Source: Pseudomonadota bacterium (GTDB taxonomy: Bacteria > Bdellovibrionota_B > Oligoflexia > Silvanigrellales > Silvanigrellaceae). From it: a stretch of 64,000 bases of DNA. A program made the position numbers and the translations under genes. The stretch covers positions 1 through 64,000 of the forward strand of contig JBDLRP010000041.1 of the NCBI GenBank assembly GCA_039799905.1, read 5' to 3'. The notes under the pieces were generated by a model. It did no database searches and was not told where the DNA came from. It was given only the letters and a program-made list of their open reading frames with translations. Shown piece after piece: positions 60,201 to 64,000 of this stretch (positions within the stretch are counted from its first letter, which is position 1; every line of letters starts with the position of its first letter).

Positions 60201-61241
60201 ATGAAGAACAACAAGACACTCGGCGTCCTCATCCCCCTCGCACTCTTGGCAACGGCCTGCGGAAACAACCTTCTGAGAAACGACAAGTCTGCAGCTTCGA
60301 GCACTGAAGAACTGAATGTCGCAGAGGAATCAGATGAGCTTGTCGCAGATCAGGTGAGCGCACTTGCAAGTGATCTTTCCGCAGAAGACGCAACCTCGAC
60401 ATCGGACTCCGGCGCACTTGGCCTTGCAATCGACAAGAATCTGCAGCTGGAAAAAAGCTGCTCGGCAAGCGGGGATACTCTCACCCTAAAACGCAACAAG
60501 TCGATCGAAAAAGAGAGCTCGCGCAGCAAACGCGCCGGACAGTTCGAAAAGAGCATGAGCAGCGAGTCATCGTTCGAGCATGTGTATAAAGCCGGCGAAG
60601 GCAAGGCACTTCCGGTGAAATGCCAGACAGAGCGTGGGCCGGTGAAATTTCTGCGTGACAACCCTGCCGACTACGCAGGCCTGACTGCAAACGGCTCATC
60701 ATCACGCAGCCACTCCATTGAACTGAAAAAAGATGGCGTCGTGATTCGTTCGCGGAGCAGCGAACACAGCGGCAGCCGCTCGGTGAGCTTCTCGGAAGCT
60801 GTTCTGGCCGATGAAAAAATCATCGTCAACAAGTCGATTGCAATCGAAGCTACTGGCACCGTGAAATCCCTGAAAGACGGAAAAGAAGAAAGTGGCTCGC
60901 ACAAATACAAAACGCTGAACACAGCTCCGCTGAGTGTTGAAGTGGTGCGTGAAGCGCAGAGCGGCCGGTTGATCTCCAAGACAATCAAGTCGGGACACGT
61001 AGAAATCGAGCGCGCAAGCGGAGTGAAGATTGATGTTATCTACGAAATGGTCAAATTCGCCCGCGCCTGTGAACCGGTCGCTGGCCGCTTGGAAGTCATC
61101 CGCATTGATCCTCAGGATGGCAAAACCACAAATCTCAGCATCAAGTTCAGAGACGGCGAAGCATTCGCTTCAAAGGACGGAGCCGCAGAGGAGAAAATGG
61201 AATCACTGAACTTCCGACTAGAAGGATGCCGCTCCAAGTAA
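60201..61241 (+). CDS. Hypothetical beta-rich lipoprotein
   Basis: GGAGG RBS, MKNNK...LATAC lipobox. Confidence 0.8.
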   Translation: MKNNKTLGVLIPLALLATACGNNLLRNDKSAASSTEELNVAEESDELVADQVSALASDLSAEDATSTSDSGALGLAIDKNLQLEKSCSASGDTLTLKRNKSIEKESSRSKRAGQFEKSMSSESSFEHVYKAGEGKALPVKCQTERGPVKFLRDNPADYAGLTANGSSSRSHSIELKKDGVVIRSRSSEHSGSRSVSFSEAVLADEKIIVNKSIAIEATGTVKSLKDGKEESGSHKYKTLNTAPLSVEVVREAQSGRLISKTIKSGHVEIERASGVKIDVIYEMVKFARACEPVAGRLEVIRIDPQDGKTTNLSIKFRDGEAFASKDGAAEEKMESLNFRLEGCRSK

Positions 61242-61275
61242 TTTCCAAGCAATCACCGCCTCCCCTAAACAATTC

Positions 61276-61312
61276 GAGCAGCCGCCATGATGCCGGCTGC
61301 TCTTTGTTTTTT
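61276..61312 (+). terminator. Intrinsic terminator
   Basis: GAGCAGCCG-N9-CGGCTGCTC followed by TTTGTTTTTT. Confidence 0.8.
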
Positions 61313-61463
61313 AGAGCTCCAAAATCAATTTATTCCGGTCGGAAATTCCTACCCACTTTTCACCCTGACAGTCTGCTGAGATATTTTCTTCCCTCCACAG
61401 GACAACTCTCAGTACTATTATCAGGCAGCCTCGTTCTGTGAATTTCCCGTTGGAGAATCGATT

Positions 61464-62558
61464 ATGTACAAATTAGGCTTGGTGCTTGTGTCTGTGTCCT
61501 TTGCAGCTTCCTCTGTTTCTTGTGGCAAAAAGAAAAACGGCGGCAACCCAATGGGCTTGGGCCAGCTTTATCTTCCGTTGAAAGAAACAGTACCCAAAGG
61601 ACTGGCGAGCGGCTCTGCAGCCGGCCTGACCTTTGCACCGAACATGAATTTAAATGCAGGCACCGCAGAACTCGCCGCACTCAAAAGCAGAATATTCAGT
61701 GCAGGCCCGACCGATTTCATGAAAACGATTAAGTCCGTCGACAGCCGACTCGCAGAACTGGACAAACGTCACCAAGAAGGCGCACGCAAATGCATTGGCG
61801 AAGAAGCCAAAGAATGGAAACTCAGCGGACTTCCGGATGCCAACGGCGGCATGACCGGAACTACCAGTTTCTGGTTTCAGTGCATTGAAACGTTGAATGT
61901 TTCCAACGTTTCACCAACAACAACTTTGAGCATCTACTTCGGCCGCAAAGACGGTTACTCTTATTTGGCTGAACTCAGCACAAACTCGGCACTGGGTGAG
62001 CCACCCACGATTGCAACGCTCGGAAAAGTAGATGATGCCAGCAACAAATCCGAAGTTTGGCAGATTCTTCTAACATCAGAGGCACAGACCGACGCCAGCA
62101 AGAGAAACTCTTTGTGGATGTACGTACTGGGCGACAAGACAACACAAAACTTCGAAATGGCTGTTGGTGGAACGGGCAAAATCGCATCCGAACCAAGTGC
62201 GTCGGAAGGACCTGTTTCCGGTGTGGGGTGCGGCATCCGAGTCAAGGCATCACCGACATACGTTTATGGAAGCGGCCGGTTTCATGAATCCGGAAGCGGT
62301 GACGGCAATGCGGGAACTTCTGCTGAGACTTGCGAAGACGCAGAGAAAACAGTCTGTGCATCGACAACCGACCTGCTGGCAGCGGACGCGACAAACTGCT
62401 CTTCTCTGACAACATTCGGAAATTCAATTCCAAAGCTGAGCTACACCCAGCTGAAGGGCAGCGAGGAAAGCAAAGCAGGCTACTCGCTCGGGCTCTCGAT
62501 TGTGAAAGCCACGGCAATGCCTGCGCTGACTTCGTTCAATGAAGAGGCCTCCAAATAA
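61464..62558 (+). CDS. Hypothetical lipoprotein
   Basis: GGAG RBS, SVSCGKKK lipobox and several Cys. Confidence 0.8.
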   Translation: MYKLGLVLVSVSFAASSVSCGKKKNGGNPMGLGQLYLPLKETVPKGLASGSAAGLTFAPNMNLNAGTAELAALKSRIFSAGPTDFMKTIKSVDSRLAELDKRHQEGARKCIGEEAKEWKLSGLPDANGGMTGTTSFWFQCIETLNVSNVSPTTTLSIYFGRKDGYSYLAELSTNSALGEPPTIATLGKVDDASNKSEVWQILLTSEAQTDASKRNSLWMYVLGDKTTQNFEMAVGGTGKIASEPSASEGPVSGVGCGIRVKASPTYVYGSGRFHESGSGDGNAGTSAETCEDAEKTVCASTTDLLAADATNCSSLTTFGNSIPKLSYTQLKGSEESKAGYSLGLSIVKATAMPALTSFNEEASK

Positions 62559-62587
62559 GGAGGCTCGCGCTGAACGCGCTTGCGAAT

Positions 62588-63727
62588 TCAGTTCGCCTTG
62601 GAAGGATTCGCGCTCAACCGCTCCAACTCACCTGCAATCGCCGAGGCCAAGTTCTGCGAACCGGCGATTTTCCGATTGTTAACGAAAAAGGTTGGAGTAC
62701 CGCTGACACCGACGGCAGAGAGCTTGGCGTTGGCGGCTTCAATACTTTTCTTGGAATCTTCTGAAGCCAGACAAGCCTCAAACTCCTGAACATTGATTCC
62801 TGCATCCTGAGCCGCCTTGATGGCGGTGTCTGCAAATGCCTTGTCGGTGTTCGGAGAAATCGGATTGGCAGCTTCCATAGGCACCGCGAAAGCCTTGTCG
62901 TGGAACTTCCAGAACTGATCGCTTCCCTGCTTTTGCGCGCAGTGTGCGCCGCGTGCAAGGTAACCACTCAGACCCGCAGGACGCAACGCAAAATTCGCCT
63001 GAACGAATTTAATCTTGTTGCCGTACTCCTTGACGATCTTTTCAACTTCTTCGACTGCAGAACGGCAATGCGAACATAGGTAGTCAGAAGCTTCAACTAC
63101 AACAACCTTGGCATTCTCCGCACCGCGGAAAGGAAGTCCACTCAAATCCAACTGAACGATTGGTGCGACCGGCGCTTTGAGCATGACTTTGAGGCGTCCC
63201 TTTTCCTCAAGCTTCGCAACTTCCTGACGAACCTGCTCGCCGCTCTGCTGGCCTTGCATGAACTGCTCAAGCTGCGGACGAACTTGCTCAAAAGTCGTGC
63301 CTGGCGGCAAGCTCTTTTGGTTCGCTTCAAAGAAGGCACGCATTTCCTCTTCTGTCACTTTGCGACCGTCAAGCAGCGTCTTCAGCTCGGGAAGAGATTT
63401 GGGATCTTTAACTTCAATCTTTTTGTCAGCAGCTAGAGCCATACGAAGGCCGACTTCCTTGACTGTCGCCAGAGTCGCTTCATGCAGCTGGCTCTGCATC
63501 TGAAAAAGCTGATCCTGCGTCTCGGACGGCAGGTCCTCGCGGGTGATCGAGCGGCCATCAACTTCAATCAGCGGAAGAACACCAGAGGAGAGTGCGTCAG
63601 TCGCGCTCGTTGTCGCTGCAGTAGTTCGCGGGGACCCCTTCATAACAACTGCCGATATACCGACCCCTGCCGCGAGTCCCAGACACACGCCACCGATCAA
63701 AAAACCCACTACTTTACCGTTCGACAT
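62588..63727 (-). CDS. Membrane-anchored DsbA-family thioredoxin with SurA-N-like helical domain
   Basis: N-terminal TM, SDYLCSHC and GVSGTPTFFVN. Confidence 0.88.
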   Translation of the reverse strand: MSNGKVVGFLIGGVCLGLAAGVGISAVVMKGSPRTTAATTSATDALSSGVLPLIEVDGRSITREDLPSETQDQLFQMQSQLHEATLATVKEVGLRMALAADKKIEVKDPKSLPELKTLLDGRKVTEEEMRAFFEANQKSLPPGTTFEQVRPQLEQFMQGQQSGEQVRQEVAKLEEKGRLKVMLKAPVAPIVQLDLSGLPFRGAENAKVVVVEASDYLCSHCRSAVEEVEKIVKEYGNKIKFVQANFALRPAGLSGYLARGAHCAQKQGSDQFWKFHDKAFAVPMEAANPISPNTDKAFADTAIKAAQDAGINVQEFEACLASEDSKKSIEAANAKLSAVGVSGTPTFFVNNRKIAGSQNLASAIAGELERLSANPSKAN

Positions 63728-63748
63728 ATCTTTCCTTTCTTAGAATCG

Positions 63749-64000
63749 TCACTCCGCCAGCTGAACTTCCCGATCGTCTGCAACCTCTGAATGTAGAGTG
63801 ATGACAAGACTTGGATGCAGGTTCATGACCGTTTGCGCAACAGTGTAAGGTAAAATTACGAATTCATCTACCAGTTCGCTGAGTCTGCCAATCGCCATTT
63901 TTCCCCGTGCGAGCATCTCTCTTTGCCACGGAGTGACCATCACCTTCCGAACAAACCTGCCGGATTCAAGAAAATAATATATCTCGGCAGCACGGCTCTC
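63749..64000 (-). CDS. 3' part of a gene running off the window; DUF2058/YaiL-like C-terminus
   Basis: Open frame ...YYFLESGRFVRKVMVTPWQREMLARGKMAI...ILPYTVAQ resembles my recollection of the DUF2058 pattern. Confidence 0.45.
   Translation of the reverse strand, partial: ESRAAEIYYFLESGRFVRKVMVTPWQREMLARGKMAIGRLSELVDEFVILPYTVAQTVMNLHPSLVITLHSEVADDREVQLAE

Noticed and set aside
1..64000. CRISPR arrays, IS elements, integrases, prophage genes, tRNAs, known defence systems
   Set aside because: None recognised by eye; short or degenerate elements could have been missed without computation.

Overview
Bacterial chromosomal window of moderate GC, gene-dense, with no recognisable mobile element, prophage or CRISPR array. 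It opens at the 5' tip of a 16S rRNA gene on the minus strand. The gene content is rich in lipoproteins and includes a cadherin/RCC1 surface protein, a C-terminally sorted metallopeptidase, sigma28-like promoters and several che loci. This resembles a Bdellovibrionota/Oligoflexia-like organism, which is an inference only. Housekeeping and metabolic genes include dapB, rlmN, gshA, exbBD/tolQR, a lolC/E-like permease, clpB, maf, yggS, cdsA, a class II DAHP synthase, galT-galK-GH42 and a DsbA-like protein. The most unusual items are: (1) a chemosensory cluster with an N-terminal REC-CheA and a CheD-REC-CheB fusion whose methylesterase has lost its catalytic Ser and His; (2) a three-gene specialised Hsp70 operon with an SBD insertion and a J-domain carrying YPPE instead of HPD; (3) a ~190-nt structured intergenic RNA candidate (6S-like) behind a sigma54-like site; (4) a GAF-like protein paired with a cytoplasmic subtilase lacking a propeptide; (5) three paralogous small Cys-paired lipoproteins co-transcribed with a large beta-propeller lipoprotein; (6) a second CheA with two intact Hpt domains. 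All calls come from motif recognition by eye; no searches were run.
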